The notes below the pieces were generated by a model. The model saw only the letters and a program-made list of their open reading frames with translations. It did not search any database and was not told the origin of the DNA. Below, one piece after another: positions 1 through 10,630 of a stretch of 64,000 nucleotides of DNA. The stretch's first letter is position 1; each line of letters begins with the position of its first letter. The position numbers and the translations under genes are program-made. Source of the DNA: Felis catus (lineage: Eukaryota). Location: NCBI RefSeq assembly GCF_018350175.1, contig NC_058368.1, positions 171,618,001 to 171,682,000 on the forward strand, written 5' to 3'.

Positions 1-319
1 CAGTGGAGTACCATTATGCTATACACAAATTCTGCTGAAAAATACACATAGATACACAGTTCTGATATGTTTTCTTAAAATTGGCCACACAATTTCCTAA
101 CTGTAAGATTGATGTTTAAGTCACCAAACAAAAGATACATAGTAAAGAACAGATGACAGAGACTGACCTGCCAGCACCTTCCTCTTTATGCTCCTCCCAT
201 AAAACCAACAGTATTGGGTCTCTAAATTCAGGTCATCACCTCCCTGTCCCTGGAAGAGGGCTCCTCGATGATAAAACAGGTGCTGGCAAGGAGACAAATT
301 AGCATGATTCCCCCAAAGC

Positions 320-750
320 TGAAAGCCCTGGCTCTGTCGCCAGATTCCATTCCAATCCCAGCTGTACTACTTCCTGAATGTGTAGCTTCAGACAAGCAAC
401 CTTCCAAAGCTCAAAATTTCCCACTTTAAAAACACAACTGGTAATAAAAACTGCCTCACAGGACTGCTTTAAGAATTAAATGACGAGGCGCCTGGGTGGC
501 TCAGTCAGTTAAGCGTCCGACTTCAGCTCAGGTCATAATCTCGCAGTCGGTGAGTTCGAGTCCCGCGTCGGGCTCTGGGCTGACAGCTGAGAGCCTGTTT
601 CGGATTCTGTGTCTCCCTCTCTCTCTGACCCTCCCCCGTTCATGGTCTGTCTCTCTCTGTCTCAAAAATAAATAAACGTTAAAAAAAAAAAAAGAATTAA
701 ATGACAAGATTCTGTGCTTGGCTGCCACATGCTAATTCACGGTAAGGGTG
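320..750 (+). mobile_element. MIR (degenerate), split by a Can-SINE
   Basis: MIR-like core 'ctgcctcacaggactgctttaagaattaaatgac' resumes after the SINE at ~706. Confidence 0.6.
485..691 (+). mobile_element. Can-SINE, young felid type
   Basis: tRNA-like head, CT tract, AATAAA and A tail; 14-bp TSD aagaattaaatgac (471-484 / 692-705); CpGs retained. Confidence 0.97.
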
Positions 751-1113
751 CCCTCCATGAGAGCTGACATTGTTATCACACTAATGCATCAGCCAAGGTC
801 AGAATGTCCCACTGGAGCCTGAGTGTACCCGATACTCCATCATCCCCCTCCTCTCTGATCATGAGGGCTAAAGCCAGCTCCAGAAACCTAGAAGAGTCAA
901 TGGGTACTTTCACAAATCCTACTTCTTCCAAACAGGATTTAGGACCAAGTAAAGCCTCTGTTCTTCAGCACTGGACACAAGCATCTTCTTCCTAAAGCCC
1001 CTTCTGGCCAGTGTACTTGAGCCACTGCCTCTCCCCCACAGATAGAAGGACAAGGCCGATGAAGCTTATTTTATGCTTTGTCTTCTAAGTTGATTTTCTA
1101 TTACTCCTACCAC

Positions 1114-1352
1114 TAATAACTGCCATAAATTACTGAGCACTTAATGTGACCAGACACTATCCTAAAGCAGTTTACAAGGATCATCTCATTACCACAGAAA
1201 CTCTTTGAGGCTGGAAATACTTTTATACCAGTTCTCAGAGGAGGAAAAATTGAGACACAGAAGTAACTTGCTCAAGGTCAAATAGACAACAAGCCATGAA
1301 GCCAGGATTAAAACACAAGCCATGTCACTCACAGCCCATTCTCCTAACCACA
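1114..1352 (-). mobile_element. MIR
   Basis: 'gaggaaaaattgagacacagaagtaacttgctcaaggtca' matches the MIR core in reverse orientation. Confidence 0.8.
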
Positions 1353-2036
1353 CACATCCTCAAACACACAGCCAGATTTCAAGGATCCAAATCACAGGCA
1401 CTTTAAAACTGCCTGACAGCACTCCAGGCAAATGCTTCCTTGGCGATGACCCTAAACCTCCACCATCAGGCCTTTATTTCCTAGTATGAAAACGTAACAG
1501 TGCATCTTTGAGTTTTGTTTTTAAGAAGACTTCCTCAACTTACTCCTTTCCCCTCCCTCTGAAAGGCCCAAGTCAACTGTCCTCTTCAGAAGACATGATC
1601 ATGTGCTTTAGTTCCTCAGGGAGAAGGAAGCTTATTCAGTTCATTCTTATCATGTGTTACTATCAGAGAGCAGCCTTATAAAGTACTAAAGGCAAAAAAT
1701 AGAAAAAAAATGTAATACAGAGACAGTATTCCTGGAAATGCATTACACTTCCATTGGAGAATCTTTCAACCATTGCACATTTTATGTGACTGCCATATTG
1801 CCAAAAATCACATTACCCATTTTAGATAAAGAAATCAACATCCAAATATGAAGTATTCACCGGATAGAAGGAGACCCTGAGGGTGCCAAGGTTATGATCC
1901 CAAGGTTATGTGGGCATCTATATTTGCCCTATTCTATGCCTAACTGCCAAGTTGCCAAGACACAAAGTATTTTAAGATTTATCTTCTCATTTCAGTTTTG
2001 ACAGCTGTAGAAGAAAACAAAATATTCCTTAATGCC

Positions 2037-2469
2037 CGTATTAGGTTCCTAATGCTGCTGTAAGAAAGTACCACACACTGGGTGGCCTACACAACAGAAG
2101 CTTATGGTCTCGCGGTTCTGGAGGCTCAAAGTCCCAGGTCAACGTGTTGGCAGGTTGGTTCCCTCTGAGGGCCATGAAGGAGAATCTGTTCCATGCCTCT
2201 CTCCTAGCTTCCAGTAGCCTCAGGCTTTTCTTGGCTTGTAGATGGCATTTTCCCCATGTCTTCACATTGTCTTCCCTCTGTTCACGTCTCCCTCTGTACA
2301 AATTTCCCTCTTTTATAAGGACCCAGTCATACTGGACTAGGGCCCACTCTAATGACCTCATCTTAACTTGGTCATATGCAAAGACCCTGTTCTCAATTAA
2401 GGTCACATTCACAGGTACTGGGGTTAGGACGTCAGTATCTTTTGTAGGGACACAATTCAACCCATTACA
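2037..2469 (-). mobile_element. MaLR solo LTR (MLT1B/C-like)
   Basis: Minus strand starts tgtaatgggttgaattgtgtccc; typical MLT1 body; near-perfect 5-bp TSD atgcc/atgct; explains ORFs 2041-2460 and 2144-2536. Confidence 0.9.
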
Positions 2470-2498
2470 ATGCTTAATAGGGAGTCGTAGAGCACCTC

Positions 2499-2566
2499 TT
2501 TTTTTAATAATATTTTTTAAGTTTATTTATTTTTGAGAGAGACACAGAGAGAGAGAGTAGGGGAGG

Positions 2567-2611
<45 letters not shown>

Positions 2612-2736
2612 TCAAGCAGGCTCTGCGCTGTCAGCACAGAGCCTGATGTGGGGCTCGAACTCACAAACCATGAGATCATGACCTGAGCCAAAACCAAGAG
2701 TCAGATGCCCATTAGACTGAGCCACCCAGGCGCCCC
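2499..2736 (-). mobile_element. Can-SINE with expanded (GA)n
   Basis: Ends ...gagccacccaggcgcccc; T-rich tail at left; (GA)n at ~2570-2608. Confidence 0.95.
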
Positions 2737-2894
2737 TATATCCTATATCACCTCTTTTAATAAGAAAAGATTTTCTAGTTCTCATGTAAATATTAAATAG
2801 TAATAACAGATCCCTGATCTGAATATAACAATTTTTAAATGCTACATAATAACATGTTAAGGTTTTATTTTTACCTTTCACCTTTGCTAGTTCT

Positions 2895-3098
2895 TTTTTA
2901 AAAAAGATTTTTTATTTATTTTTGAGAGAAAGATAGCATGCATGTGGGGGGACAGAGAGGATGGGGGGAGAATCCCAAGCAGGCTCCACGCTGTCAGCTC
3001 AGAGCCAACGTGGGGCTCAATCTCACAAACCGTGAGATCATGAGTTGAGCTGAAATCAAGAGTCACACACTTAACCCACTAAGATACCCAGGCGCCCC
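2895..3098 (-). mobile_element. Can-SINE
   Basis: Head ...cccaggcgcccc; degenerate TSD acctttgctagttct / acctttactcgttct. Confidence 0.95.
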
Positions 3099-3322
3099 TA
3101 CCTTTACTCGTTCTGATACAACTACATATACCTTTCTGCCAATTTCATTTTGTGATGTGAATTTTGTTTGCAAAAGATCCACTTAAAACAATGTATATCT
3201 TAGTACTTTACACCTTGGATAAAGATCCCGTTTAGACGCAAGCCCCAAACACTCACTCAGCCCTAAAATAATCCTCTATATTGATCATAAACAGGTACTC
3301 ACACACACACACACCCGAGGGT

Positions 3323-3633
3323 CTCCACACATGCTGTTCACTCTGCAAGGATACTTCCTTCTCTCCATCAGTTAGTCAGGTGGTTTGCCACCTTTCTTCA
3401 TTCAGGTTTCTGTTCCAAGGTGTCCTCATCTGAAAGGCTGTCCCCAAACACTGCTCCATCCTCCCCACTCCCAACACTCCTGTCCCCTTCATCCAACTTT
3501 TTCTTCTTAACATCTACTGTATATTTTTTCTTTGTGTAATGGTCTCCTCCCACCAGAATGTAAGTTTCACTGGAACAGGGATAGCCTGACACAAGGACAC
3601 TCAACGACTTTTAGTCCAATTTATTCAATGAAT
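3323..3633 (+). mobile_element. L2 3' end
   Basis: 'catgctgttcactctgc...gtctcctcccaccagaatgtaagtttcac' resembles the L2 3' terminus. Confidence 0.75.
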
Positions 3634-4345
3634 CCTTATCAAGTTCCAAAAATCCCACATGCAATTCATTGTGTTTGATTATAATCTTCCTACTTGAAAC
3701 TGATACAAATGTTGCTTACTTCCCTCACAACCAATTCTTCAAAGAATGTGTCTACAAAAATATACTGTGTGTGCATGCACATATAAAATTATTTTAATAG
3801 AAGTCAAATGTAGCTTTAAAGTATAGGATGCTTCAGCTGCCAACTAAATATCACAGTAATAGGATTCCCTAATACCTATTTCATGATCTCACAAATTAAC
3901 AAGGCATGTAAACCATTGTAAACATTTCTGTTGAGGGTTCACATCCAACAATCCAAAAGGAAGTAATTTTAAATGTTAAAAGCTATATTGCTCCTCCTTA
4001 ACTACATGTTTTAAAAATAGGATAGATCCCTGTATCGAAAAAAATAAAAATAAAAAAATACTGAAAATATTTTTGCACAGTAACCCAAAATTCTGTATAT
4101 CATCTTAGCTTAGGTGAAGACATTGTAACAGTATTATGTATGCAAATTAAAAACAGCAAAATTCTTTCAAATAGGTTTATTTAAAGCCATGTACCAACTT
4201 CATTCCTCTAGAATGGAACAAAATAACTCATAAAACACTATGAAAAATTATCTGCACTAGAAACTGTAAAATTGTCAGAGAAATATTCTTGGAAGACATC
4301 TACTCAAAAGCTGCTAAAAACTTCACTTTCTAAAAAGAAAAGTTA

Positions 4346-4426
4346 GGGGTACCTGGGTGGCTTAGTTGGTTAAGAGTGTGTGCTCATTCTCTCTCTCTCA
4401 AAATAAATAAACATTAAAATAAAATA
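4346..4426 (+). mobile_element. Can-SINE, internally deleted (head joined to tail)
   Basis: ggggtacctgggtggcttagttggttaag runs directly into the CT tract and aaataaataaacatt. Confidence 0.85.
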
Positions 4427-4438
4427 AAAAGAGAAGTT

Positions 4439-4646
4439 GGGGTGCCTGGTTAAGCATCCAACTTTGGCTCAAGTCACCATCTCGTGGTTTGTGAGTTCAC
4501 CCCCCACATTGGGCTTTGTGCTGACAGCTCAGAGCCTGGAGCCTGCTTCGGATTCTGTGTGTCTCCCTCTCTCTCTGCTCCTCCCCCACTCATGCTCTAT
4601 CTCTATCTCTCTGTCAAAAATAAACATTTAAAATTCTTTTTTTAAA
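4439..4646 (+). mobile_element. Can-SINE (tandem with previous)
   Basis: Full body; flanked by aaaagagaagtt on both sides. Confidence 0.95.
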
Positions 4647-4858
4647 AAAAGAGAAGTTAATAAGTAACACTTTTTCGCTAGATATACAGGCAACAAAGAG
4701 AAACACACACAGTGTGCAATAAGCAATCGTGCTTATTGGACATAAGAAATGCTATCCCAGCTGGCTCGCCTATTTCTTTTCCTTCCCTCTCTTTGTCTCT
4801 TTTCCCTATTCTTTCTCCTATCTCTCTTTCCACTGAATTGTAGACCCATGAAATATAC

Positions 4859-5003
4859 CTTATCTTATCACTGGTCTTTCCTGATGACTTTTCTAAAGCA
4901 TTTACTGCCATGGATTTATAGGAGCTGTGCTCAGCCCAATCCAGTCGGGTGGGTTTGAGAAGCCTGGCAGTCCCAAGTGGGTGGGCTGGCAGTGGATTTT
5001 ATG
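4859..5003 (-). promoter_or_regulatory. Candidate TATA-type internal promoter and short first exon
   Basis: In minus-strand order: CACCC (4979-4983), CACCC (4947-4951), CCAAT on + (4936-4940), TATAAAT (4914-4920), tandem GATAA, then donor AAG|gtatat at 4859/4858; lies in a ~1.1-kb island with no recognisable repeat. Confidence 0.4.
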
Positions 5004-5822
5004 GAGTTGTAAGAGGAACATATTCTAGGCTCCGTTTCATCAGCCAGGCCAATTTCCCCGTTGCTGACTTAGGTATCAGTTTAACCCAATCCTTGTGAAA
5101 GGAATGAGAACTGGAAGGGTCTACTTTTAGCATGCTGGGCCGCAGTGGGAGCAGCCAGCTCCATGGCCACCTAGGTTGAAGAAGTGAGGAGCTCACATCT
5201 GAAGAGGCGGTCTTGAGGAAAGAGCAACCACCAAGACTCACAGCAATTACCTTCAGTGCTTCCGGTTAGTGGATCGGCATACAAAGTAGGAAAATTCCAG
5301 CTACACAGATACTCAGGTTTTGCAGTAAGCTGCTAGACTTCAGAGACATTCACTTCCAAGAGTGCATTTTGGCAGTCCATCTCGTGAGCACAAACAAACC
5401 TCTCCTAACCCAGAAAAGAAGACTCATCTAGGAACTGCACGAGGCACTTTTGGCAAGGATGGTTTCTAAACAGGTTTCTGAGAGGTTTTCCGTAATGTTG
5501 AAGTGATTTTAAACAAAAATGCCACATTCAGAATGTGGCCTGTAGGACAAGATTCCATTTTAAAGCAAGTGACATACAGAGCACAAATAAGAATCTGGGA
5601 ATAGCAGGCAGTTGACTTTACAGACATACACTTTCCATAAGAGCCTTTTACATTAAGGGTTCTCAAGTGCTTTCAACCATTTGTTGATTCCATTCTCCCA
5701 ACAGCCCTGGAAAATCATTTGGTAAAATTTGCTTCATAATTTCAAACATTCTCAGGTTGAAGGAGGCAGCCAAAATGAATTTCTTATCCCCTGTGCTTAC
5801 GAAAAAATACAGCATGGAGACA

Positions 5823-6033
5823 ACGTAGCACAGTGATGAAGAATTCAAACTTGGGTGCAGACTGCTTGAATTCTAATTCTGACATTTAACTAGCTGTCTG
5901 ATGTTGGGGAAGTCAACTGACCCGCCTGGAAGACGGGAACATCTATAGTGTGAAGATGAAATGAGTGGACACATGGGCAGGACTTCCCCTGCCTGGCACA
6001 TAGCGAGCACTCCCAGTTAGCTATGCTGTTGTT
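5823..6033 (+). mobile_element. MIR
   Basis: 'gtagcacagtgatgaag...cagactgcttgaattctaattctg...gcctggcacatagcgagcactc'. Confidence 0.75.
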
Positions 6034-6416
6034 GCCATCGTCGGCACCAGCATCCCCAACATCATTTCAGGAAAGGTTAAGAGCTCAGGTTCTGAGTCAG
6101 ATTTGGCTTGGAGCTCAGCATACACAACTGAACCTTCACCAAACCATCTATTATAAAATGAGTAGGACACACTATCTAGGAAGAACAAATAACCCAGTAT
6201 TTTCAACAAACAGCAAATCAGAGAAAGCAAAGCTACAGTTTCATAGCTACCAACTGCAGTGTATAGCTCTTGTTTGTATTCTGATCCAAGCTATTAAAAA
6301 ATATAAAACAATTGATCATTTTCACTTATGAAACAGCCAGCAATGTTAGTATTGACTATTTTATATTAAGTACTACTAAATAGGATTTTGGTTATGTTAT
6401 ATAAAGACCTCTTATC

Positions 6417-6590
6417 TTTTTTTCCTTAAAGTTTATTTTTGAGAGAGAGCATGAGCAGGGGAGGGGCAGAGAGAGACAAAGAGAGAGGAGCTGAAGCTAA
6501 GAGCACAGAGCCCAATGAAGGGACTGAAGTCCCAAACTGTGAGATGACCTGAAGGCAGATGTTTAACTGACTGAGCCACCAGGGTGCCCC
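6417..6590 (-). mobile_element. Can-SINE (degenerate)
   Basis: ...ctgagccaccagggtgcccc; TSD-like taaagacctcttat / taaaaacctcatat. Confidence 0.9.
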
Positions 6591-6614
6591 GTAAAAACCT
6601 CATATATTCTTAAG

Positions 6615-6796
6615 CGATGCTCTCCAGTACCATTGTCACTACCCACATGTGGCTATTTAACTTTATGTTAATTAAAAGTGAAATTTTAGTTCCTCAGTCT
6701 ACTATCCAGAAGCCAAGCGCTCAATAGCTTCATGTGGTCAGTGACTACAGACAAAGATATTTCTGTCATCACAGAAAATTCTGTTGGACAGCACTG
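6615..6796. mobile_element. hAT-Charlie MITE (MER3/MER33-like)
   Basis: 'ccacatgtggctattta' and terminus 'atcacagaaaattctgttggacagcactg'. Confidence 0.75.
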
Positions 6797-6958
6797 GGCT
6801 AGAGATACATATCTACTGAAATATTTGTGGATAAAATGATATGATGACTAAGACTGGTTTCAAAATAAAACAGGAAGGAGAGACACGAATGAAGGTGTGA
6901 ATGAAGTAAAACTGGTCTATGGTTGTTGCAGGGGAGATACATGGTGGGGGGTTCATTA

Positions 6959-7338
6959 AAGTGTCCCGAGTCAATATGGCTAGGCTATAGTCCTCAGTTA
7001 CTCAAATACTAATCTAGGTGTTACTGTGAAGGTATTGTGCAGACATGATTAAAGTCTATCATCAGTGTAAGAGATTATCCTAGATAAACTACATGGATCT
7101 GAATCAATCAGTTATAAGACCTTGAGTAGAACTGAGGATTCCTGCAAGAATAAGTTCGACCTGTGGCCAGCAGCTCCGCTCATGTCCAAGAGATCCAGTC
7201 TGCCCTTCTTGGCCATCTGCTCTGAAGATCTCAGACTTGCCTATCTAGCCCCCATGATGGCCTAAGTTATCCTTGCAACAAATCTCTTCATATACATATC
7301 CTACTGATTCTGTTTCTCTAGGAAACCCTAACTGATAG
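6959..7338 (+). mobile_element. ERV-L LTR (MLT2D-like)
   Basis: 'ggctaggctatagt...ctaatctaggtgttactgtgaaggtatt' and end 'tcctactgattctgtttctctaggaaaccctaactgata'. Confidence 0.85.
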
Positions 7339-7491
7339 AGTGTACTTCTGTAGCATTTGATTCTTTCACACTACCTCACACAGATACTGTGAAAATAACA
7401 ACTCTAAATATCTTAACACAGTACCTACCACGTAAGTCTCAGTAAATGCTGACTATTACAGTATTATTTCTTCATTTATGTCAACATAATC

Positions 7492-7634
7492 TTTTTTTTT
7501 TTAAGTAGGCTCCATGCCCAACCCCAACTCCATGCCCAAGCTCAATGCGGCACTTAAACTCACGACCCTGACATCAAGACCTGAGCTGAGAACAAGAGTA
7601 GGATGCTTAACCGACTAAGCCACCCAGGTGCCCC
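7492..7634 (-). mobile_element. Short Can-SINE lacking the CT tract
   Basis: Head ...ccacccaggtgcccc; T tail; TSD caacataatctt on both sides. Confidence 0.9.
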
Positions 7635-7929
7635 CCAACATAATCTTATTTTGCCAAAATTTGTAGTTCCTGAGACACAGAAATACTCACATGCTATAAC
7701 AACCTGCATTAGTATTTTCATTTCCATCTCACTTTATCTGGCTGACGTGACAACAGGCTCCCTTACGGGCATGGATGGAACAGTTCACAGCTCTGCACAG
7801 GCTCTTGAATTAAATGGAATCAGCCCTAATTAGAATACACTGACACATACACAAAATATCAGAGCTGAGGAAAAAGTTTTATGCAATTAAGTTTATAAGT
7901 CTTATATACAAAAGTGAAGGATTTTAACA

Positions 7930-8420
7930 ACCTCAATATCCAACAATAGGGAACTGATTAAATAAAACTGGATACAGTGGGCTAACAGATAGAATGGGCT
8001 GTTATACTTAAAGCATATTTAATGACATTTGGAAATGCTGAAAACACAGTGTTAATTTTTTATAAAAGTAGGCAATATACACAATAAGATCTCAAATTAA
8101 AAAAAAAAACATACTATACTACAGAGAAATATACAGAATGTTAACCATGGTTATCCCTGGGTACTGAGACTGTATGATAATTTTTTTCTGTACTACAGTA
8201 TAATTTATATACATATCTAAAGAATACAGTTTGATGAGTTTGACAAATATACCCATGTAACCCAAAGCCCAATAAAAAAGAGAACAGCTCCATCATTCCA
8301 GAAAGTTCCCTAGAGCCCCTTTAGAGTCACTATGTTCACACACATCTCAGGCAACCTAGGATGATTTTTATTTTCTTTTTATATCTTTCTGTTTTCCAAA
8401 TTTCCAGTATAAACATGTAT
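7930..8420. mobile_element. Old L1 3' fragments (both orientations)
   Basis: 'tatccaacaatagggaactgattaaataaaactgg' (+); 'tacagtttgatgagtttgacaaatatacccatgtaacc' (-). Confidence 0.6.
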
Positions 8421-9384
8421 GTATAAGAAGTTTTGATGTTTTGTTCTTTTATTTTAAAGAGTTAGGATGGTATACAGTTCTTTGATTTGATTGATAAGGA
8501 CAAGGGAGATTAATTCATTTGCCCAGAAATCTTAGTTTACTAGAAATACTAGGAGCAAGACTGTTAATTCATAGCACTCCACAATTATTTGTGCTTTCTC
8601 TTTTCAAGCTTCTCAGTGTTTTTGTATGTCACATCATTTACCCACACAGATATGGGGTGTTGTATTTTCAAACATCTGATAGAAAAGATCCTTTAAAGTT
8701 AACAAAAGAAACCAAACAAGAAAGAACTTATAAGATGCCTATAGGTTAACAAACAGAAATTGAAAGAAGTCAAACTGAGAAAAGGTACTTCCTTCTGGTT
8801 CTCATAAAAAATGTTAGTCCCAGAGGTTCATAAACAGAAACATCGCAGCCATATACACCATAGTGTAGAAATGTTACTGTCAATGCTTTCTAATGTTACC
8901 ATGTTATTTCACAGTAATAACTGAAGATAAACAAAAATAAATTTTGGCGAAACAAATTTGCAAATCATCATCTCCCTGTTCTATCAACCAATACAAGTTT
9001 TAGCCACTGAAATCCTGAGACTTCTAAGGCTACAACTTCGAAAGCAAGGCTACATCTATATGAATTCTTAAAACCCCAGTACTCTTTCCAGCCTTCTAAA
9101 CATCAAGGTGGAGATCTGAGGGTGGGCACCCAATATTTGGCATTTTGACAGTTATAGTCCAAATAGCCAGCTACATGTCTGATCCTAACCCCTAACCCCA
9201 AATCCAAGTTGGACACAAAACCAGTAAACCAACTGTGTCCTAAGCCACAACATGGATAGAAACACTAAGATCTACACATAATTCTGAAGAAACACTAAGT
9301 GAATAGCAAAGCAACTAAAATCTACAAATATTTACTATCATCTAGACATCAAACTGGGCTGGAATAACCAAAGGATCATTAGAT

Positions 9385-9389
9385 ACACA

Positions 9390-9432
<43 letters not shown>
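9385..9432. repeat. (CA)n microsatellite
   Basis: Direct reading. Confidence 0.98.
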
Positions 9433-9433
<1 letters not shown>

Positions 9434-10109
9434 GCATTTTCAAAGTGTGATCCATTAAGGGGTTCAGGAGGTCAAAACTGTGTTTGTATTAATTATAAGG
9501 TGTTACTTGCCTGCTTCACTGTGTTGACATCTGCACTGATGAAGGAAATACAATGATTAGGAAAAGGGTGAGGAACATGCAGAAGGAATCAACTGAATTT
9601 TTAAAAACTGAGGAACACTCTGGCAATTCTTCAGGCCATGTGAATAATTTTGATCTGCTTATTAAAATGTGGAATTTAGGTAAGTACTAACATTTTGATT
9701 AGAGATTTTTCCCTCCCTCACCAATTCTTTCTCCTACAGCCATGACCTTCTAGCATCTTGGACCTTACAGGGGTTCACCTAAGGACACGTGGTTGCTGTG
9801 TTCACATCATGCTTTTGGACCTTCAGATGGCTTTTAATTATTCATTTTTAAGTAGCTGTTCTTCTTCCCTTTTGCTACCTAAGCTTTGGATCTCCATTCA
9901 GAACATAATTGATACCTGTGGAATAGAGTAAGCAACAGAAAGACTGAAGTAGCTGCAATTTAGAGAAAAGTCTGAGTGCAAGAAGCTGAGCAGCCACAAT
10001 CTTAGTCACAAATCAGAGTGGAGCACAGCCAAGGGCAGCCTCCACCTCCCGGCCCCCAGCACTTGGCAGAAGTCCAGGATCACGACCACCCTAGGCTAGC
10101 TAGCCACCC

Positions 10110-10630
10110 AGCCATAGGTGCCCTGCTTCAATCCCTTCAAACCCAACTTAACTCTTACTGCAAGATGCAGCTTCCCAGGGCCTGATCATCACACCTGTCC
10201 TCTGACAAAAACCCTGAAGAGCACCCAGCACTTATCACATCTGCATTATGTAGGCTGGCATTTGAAGTTCTCCAATTTGTGGCTCAACTTACCCTCCCAC
10301 GTTTATCTCCCCATATGCCCTTATTTTCAATAAACTGCAATATTTGATATTAGCCAACACATGCCACTTTTCACCACCTTTACTCACATCCCTCCCTCCA
10401 TGTGAACTGCCATCCTCACTCTAGTCTCTGCCTACTGAAAGGCTTGCCCAGCCTTCAAGGTCTTCCTCAAGTCACCTCCTTCATGAAACCTTCCAAGCAA
10501 CATCCCGCCTCTGTCCATTATCACATTGTGCCTGTATTATAATCATCGCCTTACTGTCACCTCAAAAGCCATGGCTTTCATGCTTTATTTCTCTTTCAAT
10601 GTCTAATAACAGACAGTCCTCTCAAATTGC
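10110..10630 (+). mobile_element. L2 fragment
   Basis: 'cagccttcaaggtcttcctcaagtcacctccttcatgaaaccttcc' is typical of the L2 3' region. Confidence 0.65.

Larger units (their letters stand above)
6260..6958 (+). mobile_element. Old L1 (L1MC/ME-like) 3' end, split by a SINE and a MER3/33-like element
   Basis: 'gattttggttatgtt...cctcttatc' then 'agagatacatatctactgaaatatttgtggataaaatgatatgatg...ggggttcatta'. Confidence 0.65.

Noticed and set aside
485..560. tRNA genes at SINE heads
   Set aside because: They are tRNA-derived A/B-box heads of SINEs; each runs into a CT tract and A tail and lacks a complete cloverleaf.
2041..2536. Overlapping 139-aa and 130-aa ORFs
   Set aside because: Both are translations of an MLT1 LTR.
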